Of a DNA stretch of 20,912 nt, positions 1 through 6,772 are shown piece by piece (the stretch's first letter is position 1; the number at the start of each line of letters is the position of its first letter). The DNA lies in assembly GCA_041498975.1 (NCBI GenBank), contig JBGQJI010000034.1:1-20912 (forward strand). Reading direction: 5' to 3'. The translations under genes were made by a program, and so were the position numbers. Under the pieces are notes generated by a model that was given only the letters and a program-made list of their open reading frames with translations, ran no database searches and was not told the origin of the DNA. This DNA is from Candidatus Methylomirabilis sp. (GTDB lineage: Bacteria; Methylomirabilota; Methylomirabilia; Methylomirabilales; Methylomirabilaceae).

Positions 1-257
1 ACCACTATATCGGTGACGGTTCCTGTCAGCGTCCCGCCGGGGTCGCCCTTCGCCAAGTCCTCAGGCTTTGGCCCAGTTAGTCCCTTCAGGTCCTGGTCGG
101 TGATAGGAACCGGGGCTGGAGGCGGGGCAGGTTTGGTTTCAGCGGCCGGTGCGAGGGCCGGGGCAGTCTGGCCCCAAACAACAGGGGTCACGAGCGTCAG
201 ACCCATGAGAAGCAAGAGGATAGTCGGCGCAATTCGCCGTCTTTTCTGATTTGACAT
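1..257 (-). CDS. amt: Ammonium transporter (Amt family), N-terminal part; runs off the window edge
   Basis: Not in the ORF track because there is no stop in the window. ATG at 257-255 with SD AAGGAGGGAG upstream. Translates MSNQKRRRIAPTILLLLMGLTLVTPVVWGQ-TAPALAPAAETKPAPPPAPVP...DLAKGDPGGTLTGTVTDIV: signal peptide, Pro/Ala linker and a GDPGGTLTGT segment I recognise from N-terminal extensions of one Amt subfamily. The Amt core is outside the window, so the call rests on this motif and on context. Confidence 0.65.
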   Translation of the reverse strand, partial: MSNQKRRRIAPTILLLLMGLTLVTPVVWGQTAPALAPAAETKPAPPPAPVPITDQDLKGLTGPKPEDLAKGDPGGTLTGTVTDIV

Positions 258-305
258 CAGGCTCCCTCCTTTTTTCATGTCTGTGCGAAGCTGCGTTTCT
301 GTGGC

Positions 306-500
306 CTATCTGAGGCGTGACTGTTTCCAGATGGCTGTCTTAAGGTGCGCCTTGTTCAAGAGACCGAGCAGCCCGTATAGGATGATGGTGATGCCGATGA
401 TGGCCAAGGCAAACCTGCCACCGACGCTACCGACCTGAAGGGCTACCACCGTCGCGAGAAGCCAGCCAACGATCATGGTCATCAGACCTGTAAGTTTCAT
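306..500 (-). CDS. Small two-TM membrane protein (64 aa), unknown function
   Basis: Strong SD (AAGGAGGAGAGG) before ATG. Two hydrophobic helices then LNKAHLKTAIWK. Co-oriented between the porin and amt. Confidence 0.8.
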   Translation of the reverse strand: MKLTGLMTMIVGWLLATVVALQVGSVGGRFALAIIGITIILYGLLGLLNKAHLKTAIWKQSRLR

Positions 501-580
501 TTTTTCCTCTCCTCCTTGCGATTAGGCCAGTTCGGCCGCCAATTCTCCGCGAACGAGACTGCCGCAGGTGCCCAACTGGA

Positions 581-838
581 TTAAGCCGCCGGCGACTTGG
601 CCTTGACATCCCGGACGGAGCCAGCGGCGCGGTTGCCCTCCATTCCCTCGTGCTCTAAAGGCTTGATCCTATAAAAGCCCGTGCATGAGATCACGATCAG
701 GACGGCCCCGGCCAAGCTTCCAAGGGTGGCAAGCATCCCACTGACCCCCTCAGAGAGACCCGCCAAGCCTCCCACCAACAGAGTGAATCCCATGAACAGC
801 CCAAACGTGCACCAACCTTGCTGACTATTTGCCCCCAT
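581..838 (-). CDS. Small two-TM membrane protein (85 aa), unknown function
   Basis: SD AAGGAGG at 855-849, ATG at 838. MGANSQQGW followed by two hydrophobic segments and FYRIKPLE. Co-oriented in the operon. Confidence 0.8.
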   Translation of the reverse strand: MGANSQQGWCTFGLFMGFTLLVGGLAGLSEGVSGMLATLGSLAGAVLIVISCTGFYRIKPLEHEGMEGNRAAGSVRDVKAKSPAA

Positions 839-929
839 CGCTTCTTTGCCTCCTTATCATCCTTATTCCCCATGTTTGTGACGACGTTGCAAAAATCTTC
901 CACCTTGCTTTGAGACGACCTCTTCAGAT

Positions 930-2354
930 TCAGAACTGGTAGACCAACTCAAACGCGATGGTGTCCTGCGAGTCTGACTTCTTCTGGATCCCGAAGCTGT
1001 CGAGCCCACCATCGTCGAAGACCTGGCGACCGTCCGTCGCCTCATCGTGGCGGTACTCAACACTCGCAAAGAGATGATCGAGGAGCTTATATCTGCCTGT
1101 CAAGGTCATCTCCCAGAGGTTCACGCGTAATGGATTTCCAGGGTTGGTGGGATCGGCGCTGGCGAAGCCGAGCCGGAACCCCTGCTCGTCCACGAAGTAC
1201 TCGCCCCGAAGGCCGACGGAGAGCTTGTCGGTGAGGTCATACTGCGCATATCCGGCCACACCATACCAGCTCGCGCTCTTGAGCTCGCCGGTCGCGACAT
1301 TCTGGAAGACTCCCTTATCCTGGTCACCATAGTCGAAGTTCAAGCTGAGGGTCAGGGGCGGGATCGGCTTGTATGTCGCAACGAGGTCGAACAGTCCTCG
1401 TTTCGGCCCGTTGGCATCGTCCCCCGCGAATCGTGCCTCGGCCCCCCAGGTGCCGCCGATGGTGAACGTCAGGTCTTTGATAGGAGTGATCGTCACCATG
1501 CCATGGAACGACTTGTCGTTGTTATTGTCGTCCGTGTTGTCCCAGCCGTTCACGATGCCTCCCGTCAGCGTGAGCCAGTCGTTGACGGCGTAGGTCGCCA
1601 TGATGCCGGTGTGGGTGAAGGGAATGGCGAACCCGAATAGCAGGGAGCGTGAGACCTGATAATCGCCGGTCCGTCGGATTACCTCGGAACCGTGGAGAGT
1701 GACGAACTTGCCCACCTTCAGGTCAAGGCCATTGCCGATTGGAGCCTTGTAGGTCACGTAGGCCTGGGTCAGGTCGAACACGTCGGACTTGGTGGCATCG
1801 TCCCCGGCGCTGATGCCGAGCCCCAGCGAGTGGATCTTTTTCGCATCCCTGCCAATGACGAAGTCGAGGCCAAAGCCGATCCGAGAAGCATCGCTGGTGG
1901 GTTTCTCGATCCACAGCTCAGCCTGGTTAATGTCAAACTGGTTGGCCTTGTCATCAAACACTCGAAAGACATTGTTCCGGCTCTTAGGGTCGTTGAAGTT
2001 GTAGTTGTAGGATGTGGCGACATGCCCCCCGAACTGCCAGTCTTTGATCACGGAGAAGAGGGGCGTGCTCTTGATCGCATCTTCCAGGCTCTTGATCCGG
2101 TCGCCAATGCTCTGGGGTGCTTCGGCCGGCGCGGCAGGGGCCCCCGGCGCGGGCGCGGCTGCCGGGGCTGGCGCCGCTTCTTTCTTGACGCCGAGCTCCT
2201 TTTCCAAGCGATCCAGGCGTTCTCTCATCTCCTGGATCTCCTTGTCCTTTGCGTCTTGCGCCCATGCCGACGGCACGCCCAGCGCGGCGGCAATAAGCAC
2301 TGCCCCACCGAGCAGCAACCTGGCAATCGTCAGATGCGCCAGCCTTGTAATCAT
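930..2354 (-). CDS. Outer-membrane beta-barrel porin (putative porin / DUF1597-like) with N-terminal coiled coil and Pro/Ala linker
   Basis: SD AAGGAGG. Signal peptide ending AWA-Q, coiled segment KEIQEMRERLDRLEKEL, motifs YNYNFNDP, QAYVTY, GKFVTLHGSEVI, PFTHTG, NGWD, RGEYF, EYRHD, alternating beta-strand pattern, C-terminal Phe (YQF). Confidence 0.88.
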   Translation of the reverse strand: MITRLAHLTIARLLLGGAVLIAAALGVPSAWAQDAKDKEIQEMRERLDRLEKELGVKKEAAPAPAAAPAPGAPAAPAEAPQSIGDRIKSLEDAIKSTPLFSVIKDWQFGGHVATSYNYNFNDPKSRNNVFRVFDDKANQFDINQAELWIEKPTSDASRIGFGLDFVIGRDAKKIHSLGLGISAGDDATKSDVFDLTQAYVTYKAPIGNGLDLKVGKFVTLHGSEVIRRTGDYQVSRSLLFGFAIPFTHTGIMATYAVNDWLTLTGGIVNGWDNTDDNNNDKSFHGMVTITPIKDLTFTIGGTWGAEARFAGDDANGPKRGLFDLVATYKPIPPLTLSLNFDYGDQDKGVFQNVATGELKSASWYGVAGYAQYDLTDKLSVGLRGEYFVDEQGFRLGFASADPTNPGNPLRVNLWEMTLTGRYKLLDHLFASVEYRHDEATDGRQVFDDGGLDSFGIQKKSDSQDTIAFELVYQF

Positions 2355-2387
2355 GGTCGATTTCCTCCTTTTGCGTTCAGGACGGTT

Positions 2388-2576
2388 CTAGTTGTCCCGA
2401 ATTCCCAGGCCGCCGATGGACACCTTCCCTTCGCGGGCCAGGATGCTGATGTAGGACAACGCAAGCGCCTCGGAGATCTGAAGCGCAGAAGCAAGGGCAG
2501 GAAGGCTGCTGGGCTGGTGGCTCCGAAGATATCCCAGGACCTCTGATTCGATCTCTTCCACCCAACCCCTGAGCAC
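2388..2576 (-). CDS. Small winged-helix/HTH protein (62 aa)
   Basis: C-terminal part of track ORF 2388..2783. More likely start is GTG at 2576-2574, 7 nt after GGAGG (2588-2584). MLRGWVEEIESEVLGYLRSHQPSSLPALASALQISEALALSYISILAREGKVSIG has a wHTH pattern (LAxxLxISE...LxREGKV). Confidence 0.7.
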   Translation of the reverse strand: MLRGWVEEIESEVLGYLRSHQPSSLPALASALQISEALALSYISILAREGKVSIGGLGIRDN

Positions 2577-2651
2577 TTTCCTGCCTCCTCTGCGGTTCCC
2601 TTTTTCAGCGATCCGGAGATCCCTATGTACGGGTTTGACTCGGCGATGTTC

Positions 2652-2666
2652 GCAAGAACCGAGCCA
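2652..2666 (-). promoter_or_regulatory. Sigma54 (-24/-12) promoter of the wHTH-porin-amt operon
   Basis: Minus strand reads TGGCTC-GGTTC-TTGC versus consensus TGGCAC-N5-TTGC, about 75 nt upstream of the GTG at 2576. Confidence 0.7.
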
Positions 2667-2923
2667 GCATCTCCTAGAGTCATCCGGCAGACGGGTTTCG
2701 GCAGGGGGATGTGGCGCAAAAGAGTGGAGCGAATCGCAGGAAAACAGGATGTTAGCGGATTTAGGCCACAGGAAGGTGGTCACCGAGCTTCTGCAACAAA
2801 ACCGATGTAGATACTTAAAGCGAAGTAATATACATAATTGTAGGCGTCGCCCAGGGGCCGGTTGGCTATCTTCTAGGCAAGAGACGGGACGTGATGCTTA
2901 ACGGCGACGCATGTCGGAAAGAC

Positions 2924-2958
2924 GTGCGGGGTGCGAGGTGCCAGGTACGAAGTTCACA
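2924..2958. repeat. Degenerate 7-bp tandem repeat (5 units, GTnCnnn)
   Basis: GTGCGGG GTGCGAG GTGCCAG GTACGAA GTTCACA, intergenic, just downstream of the tlpA-like gene. Confidence 0.55.
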
Positions 2959-2997
2959 ATCCAGAGGCGCGGGGAAAGCCGTAAGGGGAGCGTGGTT

Positions 2998-3543
2998 CTA
3001 CTTCAGGAGGCTCTCAACTTGTTCCCGCGACTCCTTGTCGGTCCAGTCATGGTACCCCGTCTCCCTGGCGCGGACGATCCCTTTGCGGTCAACGAGGATC
3101 GAGACGGGCAGCCCGAACACGCGGTACTCCCGAGCGACTTTCATCTGGGGATCGAGCAGTACAGGGAATGTGAGTCGAAGCTCCTTCATGAACTCGCGAA
3201 TCTCCTGTTTGGCGTCAGGCTCGATGTTAACGGCCAAGATCTCGAATCCCTTTCCCCTATATTCGGAGTAAATCTTCTGCATGGTCGGCATCTCGAGGCG
3301 GCATGGGGGACACCAGGTAGCCCAGAAGTTGATGAGCACCACCTTTTTGCCGCGCAACTCGGAGAAGCGGAGCGTCTTGCCTTCAAGCGATTTGAGCGCA
3401 AAGTCGGGTGCTTGGTGTCCCTCCTTCGCCTGTGGGTCATTGGCCACCTGGTCGCCCCTTGCCACCGCGAGGGCTGCTACCACTGCGATGAGGAGAAAGC
3501 CAACCGCTGCCAAGAGCCACCGACCAAAACGGTATCGTCGCAT
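2998..3543 (-). CDS. Membrane-anchored TlpA/ResA-like thiol:disulfide oxidoreductase
   Basis: APDFAL, GKKVVLINFWATWCPPCRLEMP active site, cis-Pro motif GLPVSILVD. Likely start ATG 3543 (MRRYRFGRW then a TM helix) rather than the track's 3630. Confidence 0.9.
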   Translation of the reverse strand: MRRYRFGRWLLAAVGFLLIAVVAALAVARGDQVANDPQAKEGHQAPDFALKSLEGKTLRFSELRGKKVVLINFWATWCPPCRLEMPTMQKIYSEYRGKGFEILAVNIEPDAKQEIREFMKELRLTFPVLLDPQMKVAREYRVFGLPVSILVDRKGIVRARETGYHDWTDKESREQVESLLK

Positions 3544-3724
3544 GTCCCGATTTGCTCCCAATCTGTGTGGTATTGCCAATCGGCGTAACGCACCTCCACT
3601 CAAACTACAGTAAAAGGTGGCGCCGGTCAATCTGCTCCCAGTTTTGTCGTATACCAGATTGGAGTAGTCGGCCCGGGGCCTCTACGGGAAGGCTATACAA
3701 CGGGGAAGGGGAGAGTGGTGACGA

Positions 3725-4465
3725 TTAACCTTCGAAGCGGAACTCTTTGATGATCCGGTACTTTTGCATCTTGTAGGCAAGCTGTCTTGGCGTGATCCCT
3801 AGCCGGGTGGCGGCTTTCACCTGAACCCCGCCGGTTTCCTTTAAAGCCAGCATGACTAGCTGCCGTTCGAGCTCGCGCAGGCCCTTCCGAGTGTCGAGCG
3901 TGTGAAGGCTGTGCGCCTGTTCCTGGCGCACCCTCACCGCGTGTCCGATCAGAGATGCCACGACGGTCATCACCCGAAGATCTTCTTCTACCGAGGACCG
4001 GGCATCCCGGGAGGGGCGCTCGACGCTGAGAACACCCAGGACCTCCCCGCCGATCTTGATCGGCAGGCAGATGAAGGCGATCCCATGCAGATCTCGAGCC
4101 TCGCGGGCACGGGTCTTGTTCAGAAAGTGGGGCTCTTTGCTGATGTCAGGGATGACCATCGGGACGCCCAGCTTCATCACCTTTCCGGTGATGCCTTCTC
4201 CCATCCGATAGTGGCCGCGACGCCGCTCCTCGTCGGTCAAGCCGAACGCCGCCTCAATGCCGAGCTCCCGGCGTTTCCGGTCGTAGAGGCAGATGGTGCC
4301 TTTCGTCATCCCCATGAATGAGTTGAGGATTCTGAGGATGGCCTCAAGGCTTTTCGGGAGATCGATCGGGTCGCCCAAGATCTTCGTCACCTCATACAGG
4401 GCGCTGAAACCGACGGTCCTCTGATCAAGCCGGGCCTTTTCGTTGCGCATCGCCATGGTAGTCAT
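3725..4465 (-). CDS. NifA-like regulator made of GAF domain plus Fis-type HTH, lacking the AAA+ sigma54-activation domain
   Basis: NifA-type GAF (YRMGEGITGKV, ISKEPHFLNKT, AFICLPIK, GVLSVER) joined in frame to a NifA-type HTH (LERQLVMLALKETGGVQVKAATRLGITPRQLAYKMQKY). No Walker A or GAFTGA motif. Start uncertain (ATG at 4465, 4456 or 4450). Confidence 0.85.
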   Translation of the reverse strand: MTTMAMRNEKARLDQRTVGFSALYEVTKILGDPIDLPKSLEAILRILNSFMGMTKGTICLYDRKRRELGIEAAFGLTDEERRRGHYRMGEGITGKVMKLGVPMVIPDISKEPHFLNKTRAREARDLHGIAFICLPIKIGGEVLGVLSVERPSRDARSSVEEDLRVMTVVASLIGHAVRVRQEQAHSLHTLDTRKGLRELERQLVMLALKETGGVQVKAATRLGITPRQLAYKMQKYRIIKEFRFEG

Positions 4466-4470
4466 CCCAT

Positions 4471-4485
4471 TCAAGATCGGTGCCA
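4471..4485 (-). promoter_or_regulatory. Possible internal sigma54-like promoter for the GAF-HTH gene
   Basis: Minus strand TGGCAC-CGATC-TTGA: perfect -24 element, -12 element GA instead of GC. Confidence 0.4.
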
Positions 4486-4532
4486 GTACACGATGCCCGT
4501 TCCGTTGAGCTGGCCGGGCATCGTGTGCTGGC
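4482..4532. repeat. 18-bp inverted repeat (hairpin) between amtB and the GAF-HTH gene
   Basis: GCCAGTACACGATGCCCG (4482-4499) and CGGGCATCGTGTGCTGGC (4515-4532), 17/18 complementary, 15-nt loop, no U-tract. Confidence 0.8.
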
Positions 4533-4541
4533 GTCGCGCGC

Positions 4542-5921
4542 TCACAACGCGTAGGCGTTCTCGTCGTGCTGGCTCAAGTCGAGACCGGTCTGCTCCTCCT
4601 CGTCGCTGACCCGCAGGCCCATCACTGCATCCACGATCTTGAGCAGGATGGTCGTTCCCACGATCGCCAGCACCCAACTTCCAAGCACGGCGACCGCTTG
4701 TATCCCCAACTGGCCCGGGTTCCCGAAGAACAGTCCATCCGCGCCGTCGGGGTTGATCGCCTTGGAGGCGAACAGCCCGGTTGCCAGGGCTCCCCAGGTT
4801 CCGCCGACGCCGTGAACGCCCACGACGTCGAGCGAGTCGTCGTAGCCGAGCTTTGTCTTCAGAATGCAGGCGGAGTAACAAAACACCCCTGCGCCGGCTC
4901 CGATGATGATGGCCGGCATCGGGCCGACGAACCCGGAGGCCGGTGTGATGGCCACGAGGCCGGCAACCGCGCCGCTGGCGGCGCCGAGGACGGTTGGCTT
5001 ACCCCGCGAACTCCATTCCGCAAACATCCAGGCGAGCGTCGCGGCGGCCGTGGCGAGATGGGTGACGACGAAGGCGCTCGTCGCCAGCCTGTTGGCCGCA
5101 ATCGCGCTCCCGGCATTGAAGCCGAACCAGCCGAACCAGAGGAGCGCTGCGCCCGTGACCGACATCGTCAGGTTGTGGGGCGGCATCGTTTCGTTCGGGT
5201 AGCCGCGGCGCCGGCCGATGATCAGCGCCGCGACAAGGGCCGAGACCCCAGAACTGATGTGCACGACGGTTCCCCCGGCGAAGTCAAGGGCTCCGAGCTT
5301 CCGCATCCAACCCCCGACGCCCCACACCCAGTGGGCGAGCGGGTCATAGATGAAAGTGGACCAGAGGATCGTAAACACCAGGAACGAACTGAACTTCATC
5401 CGCTCCGCGAATGCGCCGGTGATGAGCGCCGGGGTGATCACTGCGAACATCATCTGATACACCATATAGGCCTGATGGGGGATGGTCGCGCCATAATCGG
5501 GATTCGGGTCTAGCCCCACACCGCGGAGTCCGACCCAGGCGAGACTTCCGATAATTCCCCCCTTGTCGGGGCCGAACGCGAGGCTGTAGCCCCACAATGC
5601 CCATTGAATGGTGATTACGGCCAGGATGATGAAGCTGTGCATGATGGTCGCCAGGGCGTTCTTCCGGCGGACGAGACCCCCGTAAAACAGGGCGAGCCCG
5701 GGGGCGGTCATCAGTAGGACGAAGGCGGAGGACGTGAGCATCCAGGCAGTGTCTCCCGAGTCGATCTTCGGCGGGGCTGGAGCGGCTGGTGCGGGTGCTG
5801 GCGCAGTGGAGGGAGCTGCAGGAGGCGGCGCCTGCTGGGCAAGGACCAGTGTCGGGACAATCAAGAGTACTCCCCACAACATCAGGAGGATCGAAACGTT
5901 TAGCAGCGGTCGTCTTGACAC
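4542..5921 (-). CDS. amtB: Ammonium transporter AmtB
   Basis: GTG start with SD GGGAGGAG. Signal peptide and Pro/Ala linker, then GDTAW, PGLALFYGG, YQMMFAVIT, AHWVW, DFAGGTVVH, WFGWFGFNAGS, DDSLDVVGVHG (twin His) and LRVSDEEEQTGLD. Confidence 0.97.
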   Translation of the reverse strand: MSRRPLLNVSILLMLWGVLLIVPTLVLAQQAPPPAAPSTAPAPAPAAPAPPKIDSGDTAWMLTSSAFVLLMTAPGLALFYGGLVRRKNALATIMHSFIILAVITIQWALWGYSLAFGPDKGGIIGSLAWVGLRGVGLDPNPDYGATIPHQAYMVYQMMFAVITPALITGAFAERMKFSSFLVFTILWSTFIYDPLAHWVWGVGGWMRKLGALDFAGGTVVHISSGVSALVAALIIGRRRGYPNETMPPHNLTMSVTGAALLWFGWFGFNAGSAIAANRLATSAFVVTHLATAAATLAWMFAEWSSRGKPTVLGAASGAVAGLVAITPASGFVGPMPAIIIGAGAGVFCYSACILKTKLGYDDSLDVVGVHGVGGTWGALATGLFASKAINPDGADGLFFGNPGQLGIQAVAVLGSWVLAIVGTTILLKIVDAVMGLRVSDEEEQTGLDLSQHDENAYAL

Positions 5922-6015
5922 AGTGGCTCCTCCCTTCTCGTTGTCGAACGAGAGAGAACCTCAGCTAAGGTGGTAAGCGACAGTATTGTCGAGAACACTT
6001 AATCCGCGTTGATGA

Positions 6016-6030
6016 GCAGTTTTTGTGCCA
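6016..6030 (-). promoter_or_regulatory. Sigma54 (-24/-12) promoter of amtB
   Basis: Minus strand TGGCAC-AAAAA-CTGC, near-perfect consensus about 95 nt upstream of the amtB start. Confidence 0.85.
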
Positions 6031-6225
6031 TTGGGTCATCACGATGTGCATGGTCGGGAAACCCCAGAAGCTGCCATGAACGCTGATGAGGGGCGTGGTT
6101 CTTTTCGTGGCAGCGTGTATTTCCCTACAACGCGTCGGACCTCCGTGACACCGAAATGGGCAGGCTGGTCTCGTGGTGCTCATAACTTGGGCGAGGTCGG
6201 CTGAGAAGGGCCAAGGCCTTTTTCC

Positions 6226-6254
6226 TTGACAAATAATAAATCCTTGATAATAAT
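6226..6254 (+). promoter_or_regulatory. Sigma70 promoter of the perR-rbr cluster
   Basis: TTGACA (6226-6231), 17 nt, AATAAT (6249-6254), in an AT-rich patch. Confidence 0.75.
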
Positions 6255-6261
6255 CGTTATC
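6243..6261. promoter_or_regulatory. Fur/Per-box-like operator overlapping the -10 element
   Basis: CTTGATAATAATCGTTATC matches GATAATGATAATCATTATC at 14/19 positions, directly upstream of a Fur-family gene. Confidence 0.7.
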
Positions 6262-6328
6262 GTTCAATGCGATGAGACGACGAGCGGAATGTGGATATGA
6301 AGAATGTGAAAAAAACGGGATCGGGGCC

Positions 6329-6772
6329 GTGAAGCTGTCGGTCGAAGCGATCACGGACCGGTTTCGAGAATCCGGTCGGAAGGTGACCCCTCAGCGGGCC
6401 GCGGTGTTCGAGGTGGTCTGCGAACATGGCGGCCACCCGACGGTCGATCAGATCTACCGGCAGGTTCGGAAGCGTTTTCCGATGATCTCGCTCAACACTG
6501 TCTACCAGATCATGGAGGCACTGGTCGAGATGAAGATCGTCTCCCCTGTCGGCCATGGACAGGAGGCCGCCCGGTACGAGACTGATCCGACATCTCACCA
6601 TCACGCTGTCTGCATTACCTGCAAGCGAATCATCGATATCTTCGACGCCGGCCTTGGACGGATCAAGCCCCCGCGGGCGATCGCACAGGATCAGTTCCAC
6701 GTCGTGGGTCATCGAGTGGAGTTTTTTGGCTATTGCGCTGACTGCCAGGCGGCAAGGGAAGTCAGTCGCTGA
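6329..6772 (+). CDS. perR: Fur-family transcriptional repressor, PerR-like
   Basis: TPQR, HPTVDQIY, ISLNTVY, HHHAVCITCKRIIDI (Asp at the PerR-type position), GYCADC. Upstream of rubrerythrin. Likely start GTG 6329 (track start 6272). Confidence 0.85.
   Translation: MKLSVEAITDRFRESGRKVTPQRAAVFEVVCEHGGHPTVDQIYRQVRKRFPMISLNTVYQIMEALVEMKIVSPVGHGQEAARYETDPTSHHHAVCITCKRIIDIFDAGLGRIKPPRAIAQDQFHVVGHRVEFFGYCADCQAAREVSR

Noticed and set aside
2577..2783. N-terminal 69 aa of track ORF 2388..2783
   Set aside because: Overlaps the sigma54 promoter and has non-protein-like composition. A good SD and GTG exist at 2576.
2792..2809. NtrC box (TGCAAC...TGTA)
   Set aside because: Spacing and right half do not fit TGCACC-N5-GGTGCA.
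3725..4465. Calling the gene nifA / nitrogen fixation, or a pseudogene
   Set aside because: No AAA+ domain and no nif genes in the window. The frame is intact with both remaining domains well preserved, so pseudogene status is not shown.
5965..6354. 129-aa minus-strand ORF upstream of amtB as a possible P-II gene
   Set aside because: No P-II motifs. It spans two promoters and the Fur/Per box.
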